A model generated the notes under the pieces. That model searched no databases. It was not told where the DNA came from and worked only from the letters and a program-made list of their open reading frames with translations. A stretch of 64,000 bases of DNA. It comes from Polyangiaceae bacterium. Its GTDB lineage: Bacteria > Myxococcota_A > Polyangia > Polyangiales > Polyangiaceae. Both the position numbers and the translations under genes were made by a program. Below, in pieces: positions 56,246-64,000 of this stretch (position 1 is its first letter; every line of letters starts with the position of its first letter). The DNA lies in contig JBILLK010000005.1 in assembly GCA_044376115.1 (NCBI GenBank), positions 352,001 to 416,000 on the forward strand, read 5' to 3'.

Positions 56246-56758
56246 TCACAGCCCGCTGGTGGGCCTTTGCCCCGCGGACCCCACCGTTTCCTGGCGGTTC
56301 CTCGGGAGCTCGAGCACCAATGTATCCATCACCGGCCCGCAGGGAGTGCGCACGTCTTTGGTGGCACAGGTCACGAGGCGAAAGCCGCCGCCAATGGCGA
56401 TAGCGACCATTTGTGCCTCTTGCGGCGAGCCCTTATCGTCCACCCCCTCGAGCCTCATCGCCGCGTGCCGAGCCTCTCCGGCGGAATACGCTGCATCCAG
56501 CCGCTTCACCGACTTTCCGCCGAAGTTTGCTGCAAAGCCGTCGAAGGCCATTTCCATTTCGGCGGACGAAGCGTTGAGCACCATGGTCTCTACCGCCGTC
56601 AGCGAGCCGCAGGTCCAGGAGGTGACGTCCTCGCTTGGTCGCTCCTCGAGGCAGTGACTCAAGAGGCCGGTGGGCGCCGTAGGAGCCGGCGTCGTCGCGC
56701 AGCCAAGCAGCGAAACAGCGCCCAAACCGAGCAACAAGGTGAAGCGAGCAGTGTTCAT
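56246..56758 (-). CDS. Hypothetical lipoprotein
   Basis: Lipobox SLLGC; two further Cys pairs. Confidence 0.7.
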   Translation of the reverse strand: MNTARFTLLLGLGAVSLLGCATTPAPTAPTGLLSHCLEERPSEDVTSWTCGSLTAVETMVLNASSAEMEMAFDGFAANFGGKSVKRLDAAYSAGEARHAAMRLEGVDDKGSPQEAQMVAIAIGGGFRLVTCATKDVRTPCGPVMDTLVLELPRNRQETVGSAGQRPTSGL

Positions 56759-56808
56759 GACGACCACTCAGATGCACCGACTGGCCCCGCGTTCAAAGCG
56801 AAGGCCCG

Positions 56809-57477
56809 CTACTTGGCCGGCGCAAAGTTAAAGGCGCCGACGAGCCCCCCGCGCAGCTGCGTCTTGGCCTCGACCTCCCCGTTCTCGAATACGAGGCGAA
56901 AGCCCTGTTCCTGCTCCTTGATGGCTTGCCTTTTGCCGCGCGAACTGACGAAGCTCGCGATCTCGCGGAACTTCTCCGCTGTCACTTCCTTGCGAGTTTC
57001 GGGGTGAAGTAGCTTCAGGAAGCGTTCGTGGTCTTGCGAGCCGAGCGCAGCTAGAAGATCCTCCAAAGCCTGCTGGTGGGTCTTGGCTTGCGCGGTCTTC
57101 CAGCCTTCGCCCTCAACTTCCAGCCCATCGATCAGGTCCTCGCGCTTGGAGCGAAAGACCCACTCGGTGGGCCCCTCCGCAAACGTGGCGGTGAAGCGAA
57201 TCTCTGACGTCCCGTTGTTGATGGACGTGGCTGTCTGCGTCAGATCACTGCGGCTACCGAGGGCCGCGTAGATGCGCGCCATGTTGCCGAACTCGTCTTC
57301 GGAGAGGTCTTTGAGTAGCTCGCTCCCAGCGACTTTCTTAACTGCCGCGTAGTCGTTCTTGTGCAGGGCCTCGAACAACGCTTCCGCGTTATTGCGCAGC
57401 GCTTTGTTGCAGGCGCTGCCAGCCAGCATGAGCGCTGCAGAACCAAGGACCAGCTGGCGCCGGGAAAAGACGGTCAT
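56809..57477 (-). CDS. Tat-type lipoprotein with two NTF2/DUF3887-like repeats
   Basis: SRRQLV...AGSAC; internal repeat AEALFEALHKNDY...LSEDEF versus LEDLLAALGSQDH...VTAEKF. Confidence 0.68.
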   Translation of the reverse strand: MTVFSRRQLVLGSAALMLAGSACNKALRNNAEALFEALHKNDYAAVKKVAGSELLKDLSEDEFGNMARIYAALGSRSDLTQTATSINNGTSEIRFTATFAEGPTEWVFRSKREDLIDGLEVEGEGWKTAQAKTHQQALEDLLAALGSQDHERFLKLLHPETRKEVTAEKFREIASFVSSRGKRQAIKEQEQGFRLVFENGEVEAKTQLRGGLVGAFNFAPAK

Positions 57478-57518
57478 GCAGCAGAGCTATCACTCTCGCT
57501 GCGACCACGGAATATCGC

Positions 57519-58352
57519 TCAAGGCAGGGTGTAGAGGCTGACTCGGAAGCCGGCGATCGCCGAAGGCCGCCGCAGCGTCTGGGAAAACATGTAGTCCAGC
57601 CCGAGCGACGGACCCATCTTCATCTTCCAGACCTCGATGCCTTCGAAGAAGGCGCCCACGAAAAGATGCGAGGCGCCGCCTGCGTCTATCAGCACGTCCC
57701 CCGTCTCGTTGTCGGTCGTCTTGGCGAAGGCCAGACCGAAGTCGGTGGTCATGCCGAGGTTGCGGAAGGCGCCCTCGAGGCCGTACAGCGGGTAAATATC
57801 GGTGTGGAAGAACATGAACGGCGCAGGGCTTTCAGTGCCGTCGGCGCGGATCAAAGCGAAGCCGCCACCAACACCAAACGTCAACCAATCCGCCAGCGCT
57901 CCACCGATCCACAAGGAGCCGAGCGTGGACAGCCCGAGACCGCTCTCGGTGTAGAACTCCTCGCGACCGATCTTGCGCGCATCAGCGGGAAAGCCGTTGG
58001 CTGCGCCTACGCCGAGCCCGAGGCTCAAACCGACAGCGAAACCACCGCGGTGCTCGTAGGGGGCGTTCTCCCAGGCTTTCTCGGCCTTCGGATCAACAGG
58101 TGCGTCAGCGGGCTTCGCATCCTTTGCGTCGGCGGGCTTCGCATCCTTGGCGTCAGCAGGCTTCGCATCAGCGGGCGTCGCGTCGGCGGGCTTCGCATCC
58201 TTGGTGTCAGCAGGCTTCGCGTCGGCCTTTGCCTCTTCGGCTTGGACTTCGGCTGCGCAAAACAAGGCGACGCTGAGCGCCCCGCCGAGCGCGAAGACTG
58301 GCGCCACACGGGTCGCCCAGTTTCTCGGAAGACGAAGGGCTGCGGAACTCAT
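57519..58352 (-). CDS. Probable outer-membrane beta-barrel protein with N-terminal DAKPA repeats
   Basis: Signal peptide; repeat linker; alternating Gly/aromatic beta-strands in the C-terminal part. Confidence 0.68.
   Translation of the reverse strand: MSSAALRLPRNWATRVAPVFALGGALSVALFCAAEVQAEEAKADAKPADTKDAKPADATPADAKPADAKDAKPADAKDAKPADAPVDPKAEKAWENAPYEHRGGFAVGLSLGLGVGAANGFPADARKIGREEFYTESGLGLSTLGSLWIGGALADWLTFGVGGGFALIRADGTESPAPFMFFHTDIYPLYGLEGAFRNLGMTTDFGLAFAKTTDNETGDVLIDAGGASHLFVGAFFEGIEVWKMKMGPSLGLDYMFSQTLRRPSAIAGFRVSLYTLP
58102..58228 (-). repeat. Coding tandem repeat (DAKPAD[A/T]K)n
   Basis: Recurrent GGCTTCGCATC/GGCTTCGCGTC units with 24-bp and 15-bp periodicity. Confidence 0.8.
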
Positions 58353-58499
58353 CGAACGAACATCCTTGCCACGAAACCCTTGCCGCGAGTGCGGGACATC
58401 ACCCGAAAGCCCGCGATTCCAATCTCATACGTGGCCTTTGGGCTCGCGGCAACAACCGGCGCTTGGCGTTGGATCCAAGCCTTCTGATAGGCTTTGCCG

Positions 58500-59609
58500 A
58501 TGCGTCGTACCTTCGCCATGCTTGGGCTTGTCTTCGTCGGTGCCTTTGGAGCCTTCAGTTGTGCAGCCGGCAGCGATGATAACGAGGACTGCCCGATCGG
58601 CAGCGAGAAGTGCGCCTGCACCGAGGGCGGTAGTTGTGACGCTGGCCTCACCTGCTTGAGCGATACCTGCGTCAACCCGAACGGTGGCGGCAGCGGCCCT
58701 GGTCCTGGCCCTGGCCCGGGTGGCGCTGGCGGTAGCGGTGGCGCTGCGGCTGGTGGCTCCTCTGCCGGTGGCTTCAACGCGACTGGGGGAAGTACTCCGT
58801 GCGACGCCGGATGCAGCAAGATTGACGTGCTTTTCGCGATGGATGGCTCCGGCTCGATGGCGGAGGAGATCGGCGCGCTTTCGACGACGCAGGCTTTTGC
58901 CGAGGTCGTTGCAGCGTTGGCGGCGGTGAACTGCGGGGACATCGACTACCGCATCGGCGTCACCGACGACAACGACGGTGGCTTCCTCGTTCCGAGCGGC
59001 TGGCCCGCCAATCAGAAGCCCTGGTTCGACTCGACGATGCTCGACGATGCCGCGATGGCGCAGGCTTTTACCGGTGCGGCCAACCAAGTGATCGCCGGGT
59101 CGGGGACCGAAGCAGGTTGCGAACATGTGCTCTCTTCTTCGGTGGATTTGTTGCAAGGCGACACCACAGGCTTCTTGCGAGATGACGCGCTGCTCGTGCT
59201 GATCTTCGTCACCGACGTCGATGACTACGGCGCTTACGACAACGTCAACGGCAACAGCTGTGGCCTCGGTTGCACGGTGCCCGGCGCACCGGTGCAGACC
59301 CTTTACAACGATCTCTTGGCGCTCAAAGGCAACGAGCCCAAGGCGCTGGCTGCGGTGGTGATCGCGGGGGACCCGACGATTTCTGGTGGCGTGAACTTCT
59401 GCAATCAACCGGGGACCTGCGGTTGCAACGGCCTTGATTGTTCGGTCTTTCACGCGACGCGGCTGTGGGACTTCGCCAGCCTACAAACCGGTCAAAACGG
59501 CTCGACCAGCAACCTGTGCGGCGGGCCGCAAACCGTTCCTATGAGCGTGAAGGCCGCCTTCGACGACAATATCGATCTGGCGTGTCAGGGCTTCGAACCG
59601 CCGCAGTGA
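58500..59609 (+). CDS. Lipoprotein with Cys-rich module, Gly linker and von Willebrand A domain
   Basis: AFSC lipobox; CPIGSEKCAC module; MIDAS motif KIDVLFAMDGSGSM; FLRDDALLVLIFVTD. Confidence 0.85.
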   Translation: MRRTFAMLGLVFVGAFGAFSCAAGSDDNEDCPIGSEKCACTEGGSCDAGLTCLSDTCVNPNGGGSGPGPGPGPGGAGGSGGAAAGGSSAGGFNATGGSTPCDAGCSKIDVLFAMDGSGSMAEEIGALSTTQAFAEVVAALAAVNCGDIDYRIGVTDDNDGGFLVPSGWPANQKPWFDSTMLDDAAMAQAFTGAANQVIAGSGTEAGCEHVLSSSVDLLQGDTTGFLRDDALLVLIFVTDVDDYGAYDNVNGNSCGLGCTVPGAPVQTLYNDLLALKGNEPKALAAVVIAGDPTISGGVNFCNQPGTCGCNGLDCSVFHATRLWDFASLQTGQNGSTSNLCGGPQTVPMSVKAAFDDNIDLACQGFEPPQ

Positions 59610-61165
59610 CGGCGGCGTAGCCGCCCCAAAAAGAGCAGCGCGACCAAGCCGCCGAACCACCCATTGTGCGCGCTCGAGTTCGCGCCAGCGCTGCGGCAAT
59701 CACAGCCCTCCCCATCGTCGCTCGCGCCTCCACCACCAGCACCGCCAGCGCCGCCCGCTGCTGCACCGCCAGCGCTCGGTCCGGCTCCGCCGCTGCTGCT
59801 TCCGGCGCCAGCGCCGCTACCACCGCTGCCACTGCCGCCACCAGCTCCGGCACCGCCGCTTCCGCTCGGCGTTGGCAGCGTTTTGAAGCCGGCCTGCAAG
59901 GTCCAACCGGGGTTCCCCGCAGCGTCGAAGTTGTAGGCCCCTACGTCCAACTGACCGTCGCGCGCTGTGCCGTTGAAGTCGTCGCTCGCGAGGTGGCCAA
60001 CGTCGGCAGCGCCGAGCAAGGCTGAGCTCGCGGACGGGAATACGTCGTTGGGCGGCGCGCCCGAAAAGCTCGCTGCGACGAAGTCGGTCAGGCTGCCGCT
60101 GGCGCTGAAACCAGCGCTCACGCCCTGCAGTGAACCAACGCCAACATTGCCGCTCACGGTCACGCCTGTGAGGTCCCCGGCTACGCGCAGGGCGTTGCCG
60201 CTTTGCGCGTAGAGAGCGTTGTTGGCGATCAGCACCGAGCCCACGATGCCGTCCGAACGCAACGCGTCCCCGCTCGCTTTGAGCACGGTGTTGTGCACGA
60301 TCTCGATGTTGGCGGGCTCCCCGCTTTGGTGCGGCTGGTTGCGAATCCCGTCGGCGGCGGCGCTCAAGATGATGTTATTGCGAATAACTACGTCGGCCGC
60401 GGATTGAATGCCGTGATCGCCGCAGCCCCACAGGGCGTTGCGTTCGATGATGTTGGGCGGGCCGTTGCCCAGCGTGCTGTAGGTGATGATGCAGGGGTAG
60501 CCGGTGTCGTGGATCACGTTGTCGCGCACGATGTTGCCGTAGCTGCCCTCTTTGATCTCGATGCCATCACCCTGATCCACGGTGGGGCCGTTGGTGTCGT
60601 GGATCCAGTTGCCCTCGATCAAGCTGTCGTGGAACTGACAGCCGTTGTTGTTGCAGCCGAGGTACATTCCTTCGCCGACGCCGCCCGTGTCGTGGATGTG
60701 GTTGCGGCGCAGGATGATGCCTGCGTAGTCCACGCCGCTGTCGTTGACGCTGATCGCGTTCGCCCCGGTGTGGTGAATATGGCAATCCTCAACCGTGATG
60801 AAGCTGCCGGTCTGCACGCGGATCCCGCGGGAACCGCCGGTGAATTCGAGCCCGCGAAACTCCAAGTAGGAGCCGAGCACGTTGACGATGTTCTGCTGCG
60901 CTTGCTGCTCAATCACCGGCACTTCACCGTCTTTGGCGCGAATGACAATCGGTTGACCAGCCGTGCCCGAAACCGCGATCTCGAAGTAACCGCTGAGGAC
61001 ATAGCTGCCACCGCCGAGCACCAGTTCATCCCCCGGTACCAGCGCCTGGATCGCGCTCGCTAGGTTGTCAGCCGGGCCGATCTCGTAGCTGGTCGCAAGA
61101 GCTTCCTGTGCCCAAATCAGGGAGAGTGAGCTGAAGGCAGCGCCAAATCGGAGAAAGCGGGACAT
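59585..61165 (-). CDS. Right-handed beta-helix (pectin-lyase-like) secreted protein with MYXO-CTERM sorting signal
   Basis: Signal peptide; repeats NHIHDT, NWIHDT, NVIHDT; Gly/Ser linker; GCDCR...hydrophobic helix...RLRRR tail. Confidence 0.85.
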   Translation of the reverse strand: MSRFLRFGAAFSSLSLIWAQEALATSYEIGPADNLASAIQALVPGDELVLGGGSYVLSGYFEIAVSGTAGQPIVIRAKDGEVPVIEQQAQQNIVNVLGSYLEFRGLEFTGGSRGIRVQTGSFITVEDCHIHHTGANAISVNDSGVDYAGIILRRNHIHDTGGVGEGMYLGCNNNGCQFHDSLIEGNWIHDTNGPTVDQGDGIEIKEGSYGNIVRDNVIHDTGYPCIITYSTLGNGPPNIIERNALWGCGDHGIQSAADVVIRNNIILSAAADGIRNQPHQSGEPANIEIVHNTVLKASGDALRSDGIVGSVLIANNALYAQSGNALRVAGDLTGVTVSGNVGVGSLQGVSAGFSASGSLTDFVAASFSGAPPNDVFPSASSALLGAADVGHLASDDFNGTARDGQLDVGAYNFDAAGNPGWTLQAGFKTLPTPSGSGGAGAGGGSGSGGSGAGAGSSSGGAGPSAGGAAAGGAGGAGGGGASDDGEGCDCRSAGANSSAHNGWFGGLVALLFLGRLRRRHCGGSKP

Positions 61166-61332
61166 GGGCGCAGGATAGTCCGACCAGGTACTTGCAAGCC
61201 ATCACGGCGGGCCAGGCTCTCATCCCCAAAAAAAGTTTGAGACGGTGAAGAAAGTAGGCGACACCCGCGAAAGGTGCTCGTCATCTTTGAGGACAGCCCA
61301 AAGAACGAGCTGTCGCTCAAGGAGACAAGTTC

Positions 61333-61635
61333 ATGAAGTCCGCGATGTTTGCCCGCCCGGTCGCTGTTGTTCTCGCCGTTTCACTGTTTTCGCTCGTCGG
61401 CTGCAAAAAGGGCCCGGCGCTCGAGGAGATGAAGAAGGTCGAAGAAGCCTGCGCCGCGAAGGACAAGGAGAAGGCCGTCGACATTGCGATCAAGGCGGCC
61501 GAGTCGAACAGCTCGTTCAAGAAGGCCTTCGACGAGGTGTTCAAAGGCGTCGAAGACAAGAAGAAGGTCAACGTGTGCGGCGCTCTACCGATGACCGAGC
61601 TGCGCACGCGGATCGAGAACGGCCCTGCGATTTGA
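61333..61635 (+). CDS. Small lipoprotein
   Basis: AAGGAG SD; lipobox SLVGC; one further Cys pair. Confidence 0.78.
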   Translation: MKSAMFARPVAVVLAVSLFSLVGCKKGPALEEMKKVEEACAAKDKEKAVDIAIKAAESNSSFKKAFDEVFKGVEDKKKVNVCGALPMTELRTRIENGPAI

Positions 61636-61667
61636 CGACCAGCGCCCTCGCTGGGGCGTGATAGGGC

Positions 61668-62663
61668 ATGACCATGGGATCGCTCGTCACGCTCCAGCGC
61701 ACGATTCGAGTGGCCAGCTCGGCCTCGGGTGAAGCGCCGCTCGTTTTGCAGGAGCTACCGGCCAAGCCGCTGGGCCCGCGCGACGTACGGGTGAAGCTCC
61801 ATTCGATTGGCGTCAACCCCGTCGATTGGAAGATGCGCAGCGGTGGGCCGCTACGGTTCGCCCATCGCTTTCTCGGTCCCCGAGGCCCGTTGGTGGTGGG
61901 CGTGGACTTCGCTGGGGAAGTCGTCGAGTGCGGTCCCAAAGCCGATTTGAAGCTCGCCACGCGCGTGGTCGGCGCTACCGACTTCTCCCGCGGTCAGCGT
62001 GGTAGCTACGCCAGCGAGGTCGTGGTGCGCGACGATCAATGCGCCGTCTTGCCTGACAGCGTCGGCTACGACGATGCGGCGTGTCTGCCTGTGCCCGGCG
62101 CGACGGCGTTGCGCTGCTTCACCGAGGCCGGCCTTCCCACCGTGGGCAAGGCGCCTTCCGCGCGCATCCTCGTGTTGGGCGCATCGGGCGGGGTAGGGCT
62201 GATCACGTTGCAGCTCGCGCGGGCGATGGGAGCCACAGCCGTGGGCGTCTGCTCGACGCGCAACCGCGCGCTCGTTGAACGGCTGGGTGCGATCGCGATC
62301 GATTACACCGCGGGCGACGCTCTCACCGCGGCTCGAGAGCACGGTCCCTTCGACCTCGTACTTCAAGGCGTAGGTTCCGACGTTTATCCGCTGGCTCGCT
62401 GTCGTGCGCTGCTCAAAGACAAGGGCCTGGTCGCGCTGATCGTGGTCAACCCGTCCGACGTCCCGTCGATGTTGTTTCGCCGCAGCGTGAAGTCGGTGCT
62501 CGGCCGGCCCAATCGCAGCATGCTCGAGCCGCTGGTGGCTGCCTTCGCGCGGGGGGAGATCGAGACCATGATCGAAGCGCGCTTTGCGCTGGCTGACGCC
62601 GAACAGGCGCATCAACGATCGAAGGCCGGCAAGGTCGTCGGCAAGCTGCTGCTCGTCCCGTAG
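61668..62663 (+). CDS. MDR-family NAD(P)-dependent oxidoreductase (quinone oxidoreductase-like)
   Basis: GVNPVDWK, GVDFAGEV, GASGGVG, GKVVGKLLL; no zinc-ligand GHE motif. Confidence 0.9.
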   Translation: MTMGSLVTLQRTIRVASSASGEAPLVLQELPAKPLGPRDVRVKLHSIGVNPVDWKMRSGGPLRFAHRFLGPRGPLVVGVDFAGEVVECGPKADLKLATRVVGATDFSRGQRGSYASEVVVRDDQCAVLPDSVGYDDAACLPVPGATALRCFTEAGLPTVGKAPSARILVLGASGGVGLITLQLARAMGATAVGVCSTRNRALVERLGAIAIDYTAGDALTAAREHGPFDLVLQGVGSDVYPLARCRALLKDKGLVALIVVNPSDVPSMLFRRSVKSVLGRPNRSMLEPLVAAFARGEIETMIEARFALADAEQAHQRSKAGKVVGKLLLVP

Positions 62664-62670
62664 GCGTCGG

Positions 62671-63306
62671 CTACGCGTCTTCCTCTTCGTCGCCGAAGGG
62701 GTTACCGAGATCGTCGATCAAGCCGGTTCCACCTTCGATCGGGATGGCGCGCGCCATCGCGACGCGCTCGAGCATCACCGATAGATCCACGTTCTTGGAG
62801 ACGGTGGGGAGGAAGGCTTGGGTGCCGTTCCACAAGTGCAATTGGATCTTGGTGCGCCGCGGGAGCGCGCCTTTGACGGCCGGCGCCGGTGCCTTCGCTG
62901 CGTCCGCCGGCTGCGGTTCGGGAATACACACGCGATCGATCTGACTCCACGTCCAGCGATTGAAGCGCGGCATCCCCAACGCGAGCACCTCGCGGGTCTC
63001 GATTCCATCCGGATGCAGGATCACCCCGGCCATGTTTTGGCGAATCACCGCCGCCAGCGCCGAGCCGAAGATCAACAGCGCGAAGGTGGAGGTGCCCATG
63101 ATGCGGTGGCGGTCCCCCACGACGACGAAGTTGTAAAGCCACGAACCGGGCGAAAGGTAGGGCGCAACCAGCACCGCCGTGCCGATGGCGAGCGACGCCG
63201 CAAAGTAGAGCAGCGAGGGTAGGCGACGCTCGAGCGGCATCAGGAAGGTCGCCTTCGTCGGCCGGTACGTCATGTCGAAGCCGGGAGGTCGAGATACGCG
63301 CGCCAT
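62671..63306 (-). CDS. Membrane protein with bacterial PH-like domain
   Basis: Two TM helices, then GVILHPDGIE...WSQIDRV. Confidence 0.65.
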   Translation of the reverse strand: MARVSRPPGFDMTYRPTKATFLMPLERRLPSLLYFAASLAIGTAVLVAPYLSPGSWLYNFVVVGDRHRIMGTSTFALLIFGSALAAVIRQNMAGVILHPDGIETREVLALGMPRFNRWTWSQIDRVCIPEPQPADAAKAPAPAVKGALPRRTKIQLHLWNGTQAFLPTVSKNVDLSVMLERVAMARAIPIEGGTGLIDDLGNPFGDEEEDA

Positions 63307-63443
63307 TGGGGGATTCTATGCCTTTCGTCGGGGCGATCATCCACAAACTGGGCCGGCTGCGGAGGTGGCTGCCGGCGAGCGTCGGAGTCGGACCCGTGAG
63401 CAGCCTGAAGCTTGGGCCGAATCTTTGGTGGTACCGTGGCGCG

Positions 63444-64000
63444 ATGCAACCGAAGACAAGTGTGAAGGGCGGTCGCATCGTGATCGATTCGCGAAGCTAC
63501 GACGCCCGCGTATTGGGCGGAGGGCGGTTCGACGTGTTCACGACGGCCGGCGTGAGGGTGGGCCAGTTCTCGATTCGTAATCGCGTCATCGAGGCCGAAG
63601 ACCTCGGCGTGGACGGCGCAGATCCGGTCGCTGAGATCGGTCGACTGTGGATGGAGGCCAATCTCTCGGCAGCGCCCGCGCCCAAACCCGCGCCCGCTCC
63701 GGTGCCGGAGCCTGCTCCCTCCGAGCCTGCGGCCGCGCTGGCCGCTCCGACCGCTCCAGCTCCATCGCCCTCCGCCCCGGCGATCCCACCTGCTCCGGCA
63801 TCGCAGTCAGGGCCAGCTCCGGGGCGCCCGACCTGGCCGCTCTGTCGCATCACCACGCACGCTCGACCGGATGCTGCGAGCTTCAAACGCGCCAATGCGT
63901 ACGCCGCTTGGTTGCGCACCCAGCCCGGTGTTTTGGCGGCCTACGTGCTTCACGACACGGCCAGCGGCAAGACCACCTCGATGACGATCTGGGAGACGCC
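63444..64000 (+). CDS. Hypothetical protein (3'-truncated): N-terminal domain, Pro/Ala linker, ABM-like domain
   Basis: Not in the ORF track because it has no stop in the window. Reads MQPKTSVKGG...APAPKPAP...QPGVLAAYVLHD...SMTIWET and is open to the window end. Confidence 0.65.
   Translation, partial: MQPKTSVKGGRIVIDSRSYDARVLGGGRFDVFTTAGVRVGQFSIRNRVIEAEDLGVDGADPVAEIGRLWMEANLSAAPAPKPAPAPVPEPAPSEPAAALAAPTAPAPSPSAPAIPPAPASQSGPAPGRPTWPLCRITTHARPDAASFKRANAYAAWLRTQPGVLAAYVLHDTASGKTTSMTIWET

Noticed and set aside
61255..61290. c-di-GMP-I (GEMM) riboswitch
   Set aside because: It has GAAA in a hairpin loop but lacks the GGCAAAC...GACGCAAAG core and the tetraloop-receptor stem.
1..64000. CRISPR arrays, tRNA/rRNA genes, IS elements, prophage or defence genes
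   Set aside because: No spaced direct repeats, cloverleaf or rRNA signatures, or transposase, integrase or phage motifs were recognised; intergenic regions are mostly too short.

Overview
GC-rich, gene-dense chromosomal segment with about 57 CDS. No rRNA, tRNA, CRISPR array, integrase or transposase was recognised. The gene content points to a myxobacterium, probably Polyangiales/Sorangium-like (inference): four Hanks-type Ser/Thr kinases, many Gly-linker and Cys-rich lipoproteins, a MYXO-CTERM protein and a DUF6209-like protein. Housekeeping genes (pssA, nadE, rfbC, pckA, ddl, prmC, PMM/PGM, fetAB-like ABC pair) are scattered singly among envelope and signalling genes. Best candidates for a second look: (1) a putative sigma54-driven ~50-nt hairpin sRNA with a C-rich loop at ~26154-26234; (2) an orphan PulE/PilB-type ATPase with N-terminal transmembrane helices, coupled to a PEGA-like membrane protein; (3) a lipoprotein fusing a CotH kinase to an EPN/WND C-type lectin; (4) an ECF sigma / NrsF-like anti-sigma / Ser-Thr kinase-YD-repeat locus with a structured leader, followed by an orphan phosphonopyruvate decarboxylase; (5) at least nine genes with a TAnnnT box exactly 6 nt before the start codon, suggesting pervasive leaderless expression. 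All calls come from reading motifs by eye; no database searches were run.
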